Assembly: GCA_016748015.1 (NCBI GenBank)
Contig: JAAOMT010000175.1
Span: 229,395-293,394, forward strand
Reading direction: 5' to 3'
DNA: 64,000 nt
From: Geosiphon pyriformis uo1
Taxonomy: Eukaryota > Fungi > Glomeromycota
In this document: piece by piece, positions 51,350-62,856 of the stretch
Layout of the letters: each line of letters opens with the position of its first letter
How positions within the stretch are numbered: the stretch's first letter is position 1
Made by a program: the position numbers and the translations under genes
The notes under the pieces: generated by a model
The model's database searches: none
What the model was told of the DNA's origin: nothing
The model's input: only the letters and a program-made list of their open reading frames with translations

Positions 51350-51979
51350 ATGGAAATTACAGACAACATTCACTCACTAGCACAACAACTCTTCCAATTA
51401 ATCCAACACCAGGAAATAGAGATTACAATTAATCAATAAACCATTCAATATCAAGATATTAGAAAGACATTTCAACTCAGAACACAGAAGAAAACAGAAA
51501 ATACTATAGACAAAATCATGGTGAAAGTAAAATTAGCAATAAAAGAATTGACAAAAGAGTCACTATATCAAGAGTTGACTAAAAAAACTTGGAATTGGTG
51601 GATACAACAATTTTCACGAAACTATTGTTACTTTTATTTGGGACAACATGTAAATATCCAGAATCTATATACAGATAAAACAAAGCAATTATTCGACAAA
51701 AGAATACTACAACAATTAGAATATTTTGTGGGAAAGAACAACTTATCCACACAAGCCTAAGCCATATACTAAATATACACCGCATTTCAGGATAAACCAG
51801 AAATATTGCTCAACAGAGCAATGGATATGGTGACCAGTAATCAATTGGAAAAAATCACCAATGCTTAATTTGAAGAATTACAGATCCAAATAACACAAGT
51901 AATTCTCAAAAACAAAATCCAGGAAATACTTCAAGAGAGGAAATTACAGGAGTTAGATTTCGACGGAGCTCAATATTAA
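51350..51979 (+). pseudogene. ORF3 of B3 (~209 aa)
   Basis: MEITDNIHSLAQQLFQ.. in one frame to ..DFDGAQY*, with a few C>T stops. Confidence 0.78.
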
Positions 51980-51992
51980 AAGGAGGGAATAA
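51978..51992 (+). promoter_or_regulatory. Polypurine tract of B3
   Basis: AAAAGGAGGGAATAA immediately before the 3' LTR. Confidence 0.85.
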
Positions 51993-52822
51993 TGTTACTC
52001 ATAGAAATATAGGAAATATATTAGCATAATTATTAGCCAATCAGAAGTAAGCATAGTAAATATGGAATTCCAGGATTCTTTTCAGGAATTGCAGGATTCC
52101 AGAATTCCAGGATTCCTCTCAAAGAAATCGCAGGATTCCAGAAATTCCAGGATTCCTGTCATGAAAAATCGAGGAATTGAGGAATCCCAATTATGTATAT
52201 ATAGCAGTAGTGTTAGAAGCAGAAGAGACAGAATTGATACCATAGAATCCTTAGCCTAGTAATGCAATCATCGAATAAATAAATTATTTCATATCTCCAT
52301 CCACTTACTCACTATCAACTCTTTATGTTAATAGTAATTGATACTTAACCATGCTAGAACAATAGCTCTTAATTACGGCTATTGACGGAATACTAATCTG
52401 CAAATCGTCTTGGCTTATTTTTTTTCTTTCTTTATTTTCCTTTATTTCTTTTTCTTTATTTTATTTTGATTTGTTGTTGTATACTAATTGATTAAAAGGA
52501 TTAAGTGCTGAGTTATTGACATCAAGAATAGCCTGGTAAAAGACCCAGAAATAAGAGTAAGATTTTATATATTATCAGATATCTTACCAAAAGGGCATGA
52601 CTACCAGACTAAATCTGGTCATTATGCTAAGAAAGAAATTGGGAAAACTCTTGGAAAAATACATCTACTATTAACACTATTGAATCTCTGTTCGTTATAC
52701 AAAGGACTTAACCAAAACCTTCAGATACAAAACCTTCAGATCACTATCAACTGCAATTAGCTTTGAGCACAAAGTTACAGGTTTGTTATTTAATTTAACA
52801 GCAGAAATAATCACCTGTAACA
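51993..52822 (+). repeat. B3 3' LTR (830 bp)
   Basis: Direct repeat of 35520-36348. Confidence 0.96.
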
Positions 52823-52826
52823 CCGG

Positions 52827-55569
52827 GAGCTCTGGCTGGTTTTGCAGAACATGTGGAAGGTGTATAATTCAGTTGGCTGGGATCATCTTGAGAAAAGTTT
52901 GGTCAAAATTAAAATGTGCAACAGATTCATTCAATTTTTTGGTAATATTCATAAGAGTTGTACCAACCAAGTCATGACAGATTTTGGTTTAACAGATGAT
53001 TACTGTGTACATGATGGTTTGGACCAAGGTGAAGTTTTTTCCCCTCTTCTGTGGTGTGTGTTTTATGATCCTCTGTTGTGTAAAGTCAAGCACCAGGAGA
53101 GTGTATGTGGATACAGGATCAATTTTCATTTTATTTCCAAGAGTGGTCATGCTGAATCTTGGGCTGGATTTTCTTTCTTTTTTGCTGTTGGTGCTTTTGT
53201 TAATAATACAATTTGGGTTGGAATGCTACTTAATACATTCTTGATATTGCTAGTGAATTCTTCTGGATCAATAACATTTCTATTAATAATGAAAAGATGG
53301 TGGTTATTTTCATTAATAGTGGGATCAGCAATTCTTCTCTTTTTATCAGTGGCTTTCCTATCACTGTTGTCAAAAAAGAGAAATCTCATTAGTATTTGGG
53401 TATTTTTCTTTCGACTGAGGGTCTTTCAAAGCCTAGTTTGGCTAAGGTGCATTCGGATGTTTGATTTTTCACCAATTTGGTCCTAAGGAAAGCTGTATCA
53501 GATAAGCAGCTTTTATATTTAGTGTTAGTAGTCCTTCACCCTATTGTCAACTACAGAATGCAGTTTAGCTTTGTTCCTATTAGTGTATGTAACAAATGGG
53601 ATGCTCTAATTTGTAAAGACTTGAAGCTTAAGTTTGGTCTACCACTTGACTTTCCTTGTAATATCATTCACCACCTCTCCTTTTATGGTTTGAAATCTTT
53701 TTTGTAAATTCAGTCTAAAAGTAAGGTTGCTTTACTAGTTAGTTTTGTGAACTCTGATGGAATTTTGGGTTGATTATTTTCTTACTAGTCTCATGACCTC
53801 CAAATTTGGTGTTGGCACCCTGTTCATCCATTGGTCTCTTCTGTTTGTACTCATGTCAGTGCTTCTAATAATTTTTTGGCAGGCATGATTCATATTCTTC
53901 TTGATTGTAATTTATCTTTGGATGGTCCTATGGCCAGTTTTTTTTGGTTCCATGATGAAATGCCCATGTCTGCTGTTTTGAGTAAATCAAAGTTTATCAA
54001 GTTTCTTCCTTCTCTTTGGTGGTATAGTATTGCATATGTGAAGCAACTTTGGGATCATCATGGTGTTGTTTTTAATTGATACATCTTTAAGCGGTGGAAA
54101 AAGTTGGACACCTGTGGCCCTGTTCCAGATTGGTTTAAGTTGTCTGCAGCATTTCTCAACAATATAACTTTCTCTTTGACTTGTCCCATGGCTTTGTGTG
54201 ATGCTGGTTCTTTGAGCATTCTTAAATTCAGTGACTTTATGTCTATTTGCAATCATTTTTCACAAGTTGATGCTAGTGTTTTATCTGTGTACACTGATGA
54301 ATCTTTGAAGAACTTTGGCACAGTCAACTGTAGCGCTGGTGCTGCTGCCTTTTTTGAGGACATTGGTTTGGGTTTGGGTGTTGGTGTTGTGAGTTTAATG
54401 TCTTCTACTATGGTGGAATTGCAGGCTATTGCACTGGCTCTGGAGTGTGTTCTTTTGTCTAGTTCTGTTTGCTTATTTTTGGACAGTCAATCTGCTTTGA
54501 ATGCTTGCAAGTCGGAATTGAGTCTAACATGTCCTGACTTTTGTAATCAGTGTTGGATTGAGTGTCAACATATCTTTAATGTTATTTATAATAAGAATTT
54601 AAGAGTCAACTGGCACAAGGTGAAAAGTCACTCTGGTGTTTTGGGCAATGAGTGTGCTGACATGATTGCTGGTACTGCTTCTTTTTTAAGTTGGTGTCTT
54701 CCTCCTCGTGTGGATGAATGTTTTATTGTGGCTGATAGTAATATGATTTCTGGCAACTTTAGACACTTTGTTTGTGATATTTTTCATTCTGTTTGTTATA
54801 CATAATGGGAGGTTGGTTCTGGTTGTAAGTTTTTGGAGAACAGTCTGCTTTCTGAGATTGACTGAATCCACTCTTTATTGGTGTGCATCCTGATTTGCAC
54901 ATGACTACTGGTTTTACCAGCAGGTCCTTAGCCAATGCATGCACTTACTTCATGAAGGCTTTGCATTATTGTTTGTCTGTTGTCGTTCGAAAGCGCCTTT
55001 ATAGTAGACTTTATCCCAGTGTTTTATGTTTATATTGCAGTAAAGTGGAGGTGTCAGATCATGTATTCTTTTGTAGGGTTGACAAGTCTGCCTGCTGTCA
55101 GTTGTTGAACTCCCATGTGGATTCTTGGAAAACACTTTCTAATTCCACTCATGCTTCTTCATGTGTGTTACAGCTGTTGTTGTTTTGTACTTCTGGTTCC
55201 TCTGTGTCTATGGCTCTCTTTAAGGGTTTTGTTTTTGATGGTTGGTTCCAGGAGGCCATTTCCATTTTCTGCAATTCCAAAATGGCTGGTTTGGAGATTG
55301 TTAAGTTTGTGTGCTTTTTTAGTTTGGCTTTTAGAAATAATATATGGTTGGTTCATGCTAAGCACCGTGCATATATGAAAAAACATGGTTTGATTCCTTC
55401 TGATGGCTCAGCTATTATCTCAGTTTTTGGTTTATCTTCGGGGTTTTCTGCTGGTGTGGTAAAAATGCTTGGTGTGGCTGATACTTTTGGTATATATTTT
55501 GGTTTTTACAAATCTTGTTTATTTTTCTCAAGTCTTGGTGGTTCAGTCTCAGTTCATATAGCTGCATAG
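52827..55569 (+). pseudogene. LINE4 ORF2, 3' part (RT, RNase H, Zn finger)
   Basis: GLDQGEVFSPLLW, AFVNNTIW, VYTDESL, WHKVKSHSGVLGNECAD, CLYC..DHVFFC. Confidence 0.9.
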
Positions 55570-55719
55570 TGTTGTTCTGATTGGCTTGAGTGGCTGGTCA
55601 TATATAGAAAATACATGATTTACACTTAATTTAGATTATTTTTTTGATGTATAGTACTAGGCTGTGTTTGGATCTTACTCATTAAATAAAAATAATAATA
55701 ATAATAAATTTAAAATCAA

Positions 55720-56400
55720 TTTTAATTATTTATAAATACTTATATTTTTTAATTTTATACAAAAAAAATTATCAAAGATTTTTTAAAACAAAAACAATAA
55801 TATTTTAATTTAATTTTAATTGTTATAAATTTTATAATTATTTAATAAATTAAAATTTATTATAATTTTGTTAATTCTATTTTTATAAATATAACCAAAA
55901 AATCAATAAATTTATTATATATTTTAATTAAACTATTTTTTAAATAATACTAACTAATAGAATTATGTTTTATATATATATTAATTAAAATTTTAAGTTT
56001 TTTTTTAAAGTATTTTTTATAATTAAATTAATGTATTTTTAAGAACCAAAAAATTATTATTATTAAAAACATTATATTTACTATATTTTTTAAAAATTTG
56101 ATTCAATAGAATTTTAGATAAATGTTAATTAAAACAATAAAATAGATATTTATTAAAATGTTTTTTTATTTACAAAGTTTATAAATTATAAAAACATATA
56201 TCTTTTTTATTGATTTAAAAATATTTTATTTATTAAATAACAATTTTAGCATATTTAAAAAAACTTTAAAACAAAAAATTATAATAATATTAAAGTTTAT
56301 TAGATATGCTAAAAAAACTGGTTATTTAATAATTTTTAATTATATATTAAGCTTAATTTTTTTATAATATTTAATATATTATTATATATAGCTTAAAAAT
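55720..56400 (-). mobile_element. Fossil LINE RT region
   Basis: 55882-55966 aligns to LINE3 23612-23702 almost entirely through C>T/G>A changes and small deletions. Confidence 0.55.
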
Positions 56401-56699
56401 AATATTAATTACATAATTTAAGAATTTTGTTCAAAATTATGTATTTTTTTGTTTAATTTTTATTATTTTGTTTGTTTTTAATAATATTTAAACTATAAAA
56501 ATATAATTTAAAAACATTTTATTAATTAAAATATAAATTATTAAAAAAGACAATTTTTTATTAAATTTATTTACAATATTTATTATTAAATAATATTAAA
56601 TTATTAATTTTATTTTAAAGTTTAAAATTTAAAAAACTATTTAAACTAATTAAAAAAAACTTTATAATTAATATTAAAACTTTTTTTTGTAATATTTTT

Positions 56700-57560
56700 T
56701 TATTTATTTTATTAATAAGTAAAGCTCAATTATTATTTAGTATAAAAAACCAAATTAAATAGTTTACACTAAATACAATATACACTTTTAATACATATAA
56801 CCAGTCATTTAAGCCAGATAAAACATTATTACAAATCTATATAAACCAAAATTTTATTATTTAAACCAAAAAAAAGAGCATAAACTATATTTATCAAAAT
56901 TAATTATAAAAAACTTATAATTTTTAACATCTAAATTATATTATTTATTAATTTATGTAATAAAACAGACACCAAATTATTATTTTTAATTGAATTGGTC
57001 TTTTTTATATTAATTCTATATTTAAATTTGAAAAGCCAAATCCTTAAATAATACAATTTGACTAAATATTTTATAAACTTTAAAATAGTTAAGATTGCTC
57101 TTTTATTATTTTCAAATACCAAAACAGTTTCTAAAACTTATTTTTTTAGCACAAAACTTTTATAAATTATAGTATACAAACTTATATCTAATAAGCACAA
57201 AGAAAAAATCTACAAAACAGTAAAAAAAAAAAGTGTTAATACTTATTAAAGATTTTTAAATTTTTAAAATTCAAAAAATTTTTTTTATAAACATTAATAT
57301 TTTTAAAACAAATTAACATATAATTTGGCAGTTTTATTTTATTGTACAATAAGTACAAAACATCCAAATATGTTTTATTATATAATTTTTTCTTAACTAT
57401 AATTAGCAGTCTTTTATATACAGTTTTTATTAAGTATATATACAGATTGGCTGATTTTTTACTAGTAAATTTAGTTAACATATATGAATTAGAATAATAT
57501 ATATATGCAAACAATAACTAATTTATATTTTAAATTTTGTAATATATATGTTATATTAGT
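56700..57560 (-). mobile_element. Fossil LINE 3' end
   Basis: ORFs 56931-57122 and 57236-57514 are I/K/N/Y-rich ghosts of the ORF2 C-terminus (MLTKFTSKKSANLYIYLIK vs MATSFTSKWTTGFQTYFMK). 3' UTR remnant at 56715-56850. Confidence 0.75.
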
Positions 57561-57925
57561 AATTATATTAATTAAAAACTTATTTTTAATAATTTTTTTT
57601 ATATTTTTTAAATTATGCCAAATTAAAATTTTAATTAAAAATATTTACAAAAAATTAAATAAATAAAAACTTAAATATTTCTTAAAAATAATATTTTATT
57701 TAATATTATTTTTATTAAAATTACAAAAAAAATTTTATTTATTGTTTTTATAATTAAATCATTAATATTTTTAGTTTATATTATTTTGGCTTTTATAAAA
57801 ATTTTGGCATAAAAACCAAAAATAATAATTAAAAGTTTATTTTTAAATAGCAAATTAATAAAAGTTGGTTAATTATTTTAGAAATCTTACAAATATGCTT
57901 AATATGAAATTAAATTATTTGAATT

Positions 57926-60900
57926 AAACTTCTTTCTTTCTTATCTCCACAAATCCCCAAAAAGCACATTTTCTGAAAAAGAAGTTTTTTGTTTTTTTAG
58001 TCTATATCAATATTTCTTTACCTAATAGTAACTTATTTTTCGTGGATATGAAGGCTACTGCTAGTAGCACCACACTTAAGAAGAAGGCTCTTAAGGGTGC
58101 TTTTTATGGTCCTACTGGTGGCTCTTTTTCTCAGAAGAAAAAAGTTGTTTTTGGTAATATAAAACATTCTGGTGATGAAAGGGATATATTCTTGAGCAAA
58201 TCTGGATCTAGTGGCAGTATTTATTCTGATGTGGAAAGTCTATCTGGTAAGGATGAGGATGTTAGCATGTCTGGGATGAATGGTGGATCTCTTTTGGGTT
58301 TAGCTGGACCACTACCCTCTCAAAATTTAAAGGGATTATCTGATTAACATTTACATCAGAAAAAAGCATGGAAATGACTGCATCATTGGCCAGAGAAAAA
58401 GGGATCAACATAAACAGTGATCTTAAGAAACAAGAAATGAGATCAGATCAGGCTGTGGTGATTAAGGAAATTCTCATAGACATGCCTAAGAACATAATCG
58501 TCACTGCAGTCACCAAGTTTGGAGAAATTAAGTCAATTAAAATTCAGTTAATTGGCATGTGGCAGAAAGCTGTGGTAGAGTTTGCCAAATCAAGTCAGGC
58601 CAATTAGTTGGCCTCAAAATGGTCATTCTTAATCAGAAAAGATTCAGTGCATGTGGCCAAAACTGTGGGTGATCATGACACTTGGGCATTTAGGGATCAG
58701 TTTAGGGCACTGTTGTTTACTTTGCCAGTGGGAACAACTGTACATAATCTTGGTACTCTTTTAAATAAGGCTGGTGGGAAAACTTGCACCATTAATCAAT
58801 TGTTGATGACTGACAATAGGGTCTGTTGTGCAGTAGTTGGCTTTGAGTCTGAGGTGGATTTGGAATCCACCTTTTATACTGTGCCTGTTTTTGGCAGTGT
58901 GCAACTTTCATGGGCTAGGTTGGATTTGGTTTGGTGTGGAAAGTATGGGAGATTTGGTCATTCAGCCTTGGAGTGTAATGCTTCTGATGTTGCTGTTCCT
59001 GTGCCTGCTGTTCCCTTTAAAAAAAATGCTCTTGGTATTGATTATCTTCAATTAGCCAAGTTGTATACAAAGAAAAATGTTCCTATCTCTCGCCCTACTG
59101 CCTTTGGTAGCAAATTATGAGCTCAAGTAGTCTCTCTTACTTTCTCTTCTGATAGCTCTTCTTCTGGCTCTGGTTATGGTTTAGGCTTCTCTTCATCTAA
59201 TGTTTTGGGATTGGGTGGTGGTGCTCCTTCTTTTCTATTTGATGAGTCTCCCTTGGTTGCTCATTTGGCATCTTTGGAGCGCTTTTTTGAACTTTTGGCT
59301 GACCAGGTTTCTGGTATTCTTAGGAAATTGAGTTTTGTTGAATTGGTGCCCATAGTAATATCTTCTGATGCTCCTTCTTTGGTCAGCTCTGTGCTAGTAG
59401 CTCCTGTTTTGGATTCAAATATGGCTTTGGATGGTGTGTTGGCTTTGTCCCCTCCCCCTCTCTCGAGTATTAAGTTAAGTGCTGGTTTTAATTCAAGTAG
59501 TTCAAAGGTTTTAACCATCAAGATAGATAGTTTGGAGTTTAAAATGTCAGCTATAGAGGCTTTGGTCAATTCTGTTTTGGCGAAATTGGATCTCTTGTGT
59601 TTTGGTTCAGGTTCTTTTCTACTTCATTCATCCTAATGAGTGGTCTGGTTTGGAAATTTACTACATGTAATGTTCGTAGAATCAATGTCCCTGCCAAGCA
59701 AGAGGATGTTGTGTGTTGGCATCAAAATTCTGGCAATTTGGTTTCATTCATCACAGAAACGAAGTTGAGGTTTTCTACTAGGCTATGGATTGCAAATAAG
59801 TTTGATGAAGTGTAAATTTTTTCTTTAGGATTGGATAAAAGTTTCATTGGTGCTGGTGTTGCTATAATTATGGACAATTCTTTGGCTTGTTATGTTTCTA
59901 AGGTGGAGGAGGTTTCTGGTAGGGTTGTTTTTGTTCAGCTTTTATTCAAAGGCAAGCTCTTGGTTACTCTTTTGGGATTATATGCTGGTGCCTCTTCTGA
60001 GACTAGATTTGGTCAGGCTTCTGAGGTTAACTCTCTTATTGCAAAAGCTGTCAATTCCAGTATTCATGTTGTCTTAAGTGGGGACTTTAATAAGAATGGA
60101 TCTGATAGAAGTGTGAGTTTCAAGTTCTGTTTGGGTTTGAGTTTGGTCATTCAGCTGGTTCTCATATGTGGAGCAACTCAAGAGAGGTTGTAAAAACAAT
60201 TGATTACATTTTTGTGAATGGCAGCTTGTTTTCTGCTGTTGCTGGTTATCAGACAGTGTTAAATGGGCTAAGTTTAGGGATCTTTCCTTGGCAAAACTCT
60301 TGTCATTGGGTGATGTGTTCTTTGGTGCTGAAGCACATAGTAATGTGGATGCTATGTGGATAATATTGCAAAAGGCTGTGTTAGGATCTGCTGATAAGAC
60401 ATTTTCAAGACATTGGTTCAGCAAATTTAGGCATTCGAAAAACAGGCATTCTTTCAAGTTTTTTGGTTTGGAATTGTTGATGGCCAAGATTGTCAAGAAA
60501 TTTTGCTCTGGTGGCTTGTCTGATGTTAATCTTCTTGTAAGTAAGTGGTTAACTCTGGATAATGTCAAGGCTTGTGCTTTCAGAGACCTGGTCAGCTCGA
60601 GTGTTAAATCTAATGTTATTGTTAAGCATTTGTTGTTGGTCCGCAAAGATTACAGGAGGACAAAAATGTTTGAGTTGAGGTTCTTTGAAGAAATCTCTAT
60701 TAGGAAGACAATTGATAGGCGCATGGAAAATTTCTGTTCTGACAAAGATAGTATGATTAGAAGTGTATTAAACAGACTCTTTTGCAAGATAGTGTTGGAT
60801 CATCTGGTGGTTGATAACAAATTGGTTTTGAAGTCTGAAGAGGTGAAGGCAAGTGTAGACAAAATAATGGAAGGATGGACAAGAAAATGATTAGTGCATG

Positions 60901-62856
60901 CAGTGATCTCTGATCTTTGGGCTTGGTAGTATGTGCTATTAAGTTATGTTCAAAATGATGTCTTTTCTGGTATTATGCATGAAGTTAGCATGAGTAAGTT
61001 GCTTTCTGTTATTAGTGGTCTGCCTGATGGCAAGACCACTGGTTTGTCTGGTATTCTGAATGAGTTGTGGAAACAAGGTGGTGAGGTGGTTTTGGGGTGC
61101 TTGTTAGCACTATTTAATATATGTTTGACTGCTGGTGTGGTGTCTGTTTTGTGAAAAAAGGTGTGGGTTTCAATGATCCCTAAGTCTTATGACTGAGATG
61201 GGGTCTTTACAAACACTCGGCCCATTGCTTTGATTGAAACTGCCAGGAAAATTCTGTCTAAGGTTCTGTTTGATTGTATTTCAGTGGCTTGCAGCAAGTT
61301 CAACATTTTTCAGGGTGACAATTTTTTGGTGTTGAAGGATATGTCTACACAATCTTCAGTGTTTGCTGTCAGCTTAGTAGTTGAAGATGCTCTTGAAAAA
61401 AATCAAGAGATTTGGTTGGTTTTGCAGAATATGTGGAAGACTTATGATTCAGTGGGGTGGCACTATTTGAGAGCTAGCTTGTAGTATATTAAGATGTGTG
61501 AGAAGTTTATAAAGTTTTTCAGTAGTATTCACGAGGATAGGGTTAACAGGGTAATGACTGACTTTGGTTTATCTGGTGATTACAAAGTGCATAATGGATT
61601 AGATCAGGGTGAGGTTTTTTCACCTCTTCTGTGAAAGATTTTTTATGATCCGCTTTTGTGTGAGGTTAAGAGACATGAACAATTGTGTGAGTACTGAATT
61701 GATACTAAGTTTGTTTCGAAAACTGGCAGGATCAAGGGTGGTGGTGGTTTGACTTTGTATTTTTCAGCTGGCATATTTGTTAATGATACAATCTGGATTG
61801 GAAATTGTCAGGCTTCTACTCAATATGCATTGAACATTGCCAGTGAGTTTTTTATGATCAATGATATTTCTATCAACAGTAAAAAAACAGTGGCTATTCC
61901 CATAAATCAGGGGGTTAAGGTTGCTAAGCTAAATATTTGTGGTCAGCCAATTTTGATTGCTAAGAAGAATGAGGCTTATCACTATCTGGGTATTTTTTTG
62001 TCTACTGAAGGACTGTCCAAGCCAAGTGTTGCCAAAGCTTATGCAGATGTGTGCTTTTTTGTCAATGTTGTACTTAAAAAGGCAATTACGGACAAACAGT
62101 ATTCATATTTGGTGTCAGCTATCCTACAGCCTATTGTCAGCTATTGTATTCAGTTCAGTTTTGTCTCTTTTAATGTTTGTTGCAAGTGGGATGCCTTAGT
62201 TAGGAAGGGTCTCAGGTCTAAAGCTTGTCTTCCTCATGACTTTTCTGATGCTGCTTTGCATTATCCATTATTGTATAGCCTGAAACCTTTTGAACAGGTA
62301 CAGTTCGAAGAAAAGATGGCTGCTTTGATAATGTTCTTTAATGCTTCTGGTGTTCTTGGGTGTTTGTTTAGTCAAGATTTTTGGATTTGCAGATTTTTGG
62401 TTGGGCTTCTTTAGATCCCCTGCAGTTTCCCATCAGGTTGCGTGTCAATCCAGTAAACAATTTTTTGGCTGGGTTGGTAAAAATCTTTTTGGACAATGGA
62501 CTATCTTTGATGAACAATCTCCTCACTGCATTTCGTAGTCCTGGTCACTTTCCTATGTCTGCTATTCTTGAGAAGTCTCTGTATTTTGATTTGGTCATCT
62601 CTCTTAGGCATTTTGGTATCACTTTTGGTGATCGGCTTTTTAATAAAAAAGGTGGTCTGATGGATTGAAAGACATTTTGCCGTTGGAAGAGGTTGGATCT
62701 GCATGGTTCTGTGTCTCATTGGTTCACAGTTTCTTCTGAGTTTTTGAGGGGTAAGGGTTTCTTATCTTCTGGTTTAGCTGACCCTATTGAGCTGCTTGGG
62801 TTGGACATTTTGGAGTTTGGGAAGTTCTCTGTTGTGAGGGATGGATTGCATAACAT
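57926..62856 (+). mobile_element. LINE copy 5 (diverged subfamily), 5'-intact, interrupted by family A just before RNase H
   Basis: 5' motif AAACTTCTTTC. ORF1 ~58042-59636 with CGKYGRFGHSALEC. ORF2 from 59636 with WKFTTCNVR, GDFN, TIDYIFV, FVNDTIW. Confidence 0.9.

Larger units (their letters stand above)
35520..52822 (+). mobile_element. Gypsy-type family B, copy B3, complete (interrupted by family C)
   Basis: Paired LTRs, TSD CCGG at 35516-35519 and 52823-52826, PBS, PPT and all pol domains. Confidence 0.96.
31658..55706 (+). mobile_element. LINE copy 4, full length, split by B3 (31658-35519 + 52827-55706)
   Basis: Joining across the CCGG TSD restores ENALEKDRELWLVL, as in LINE3. 5' motif AAAACTTCTTTCTCTC and (TAA)n tail at 55685-55706. 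Confidence 0.93.

Noticed and set aside
51350-51979. ORF3 as an envelope gene
   Set aside because: Too short, with no signal peptide, furin site or transmembrane segment visible.
56931-57514. I/K/N/Y-rich ORFs as organellar or endosymbiont genes
   Set aside because: They align with the LINE ORF2 C-terminus and are mutational fossils.
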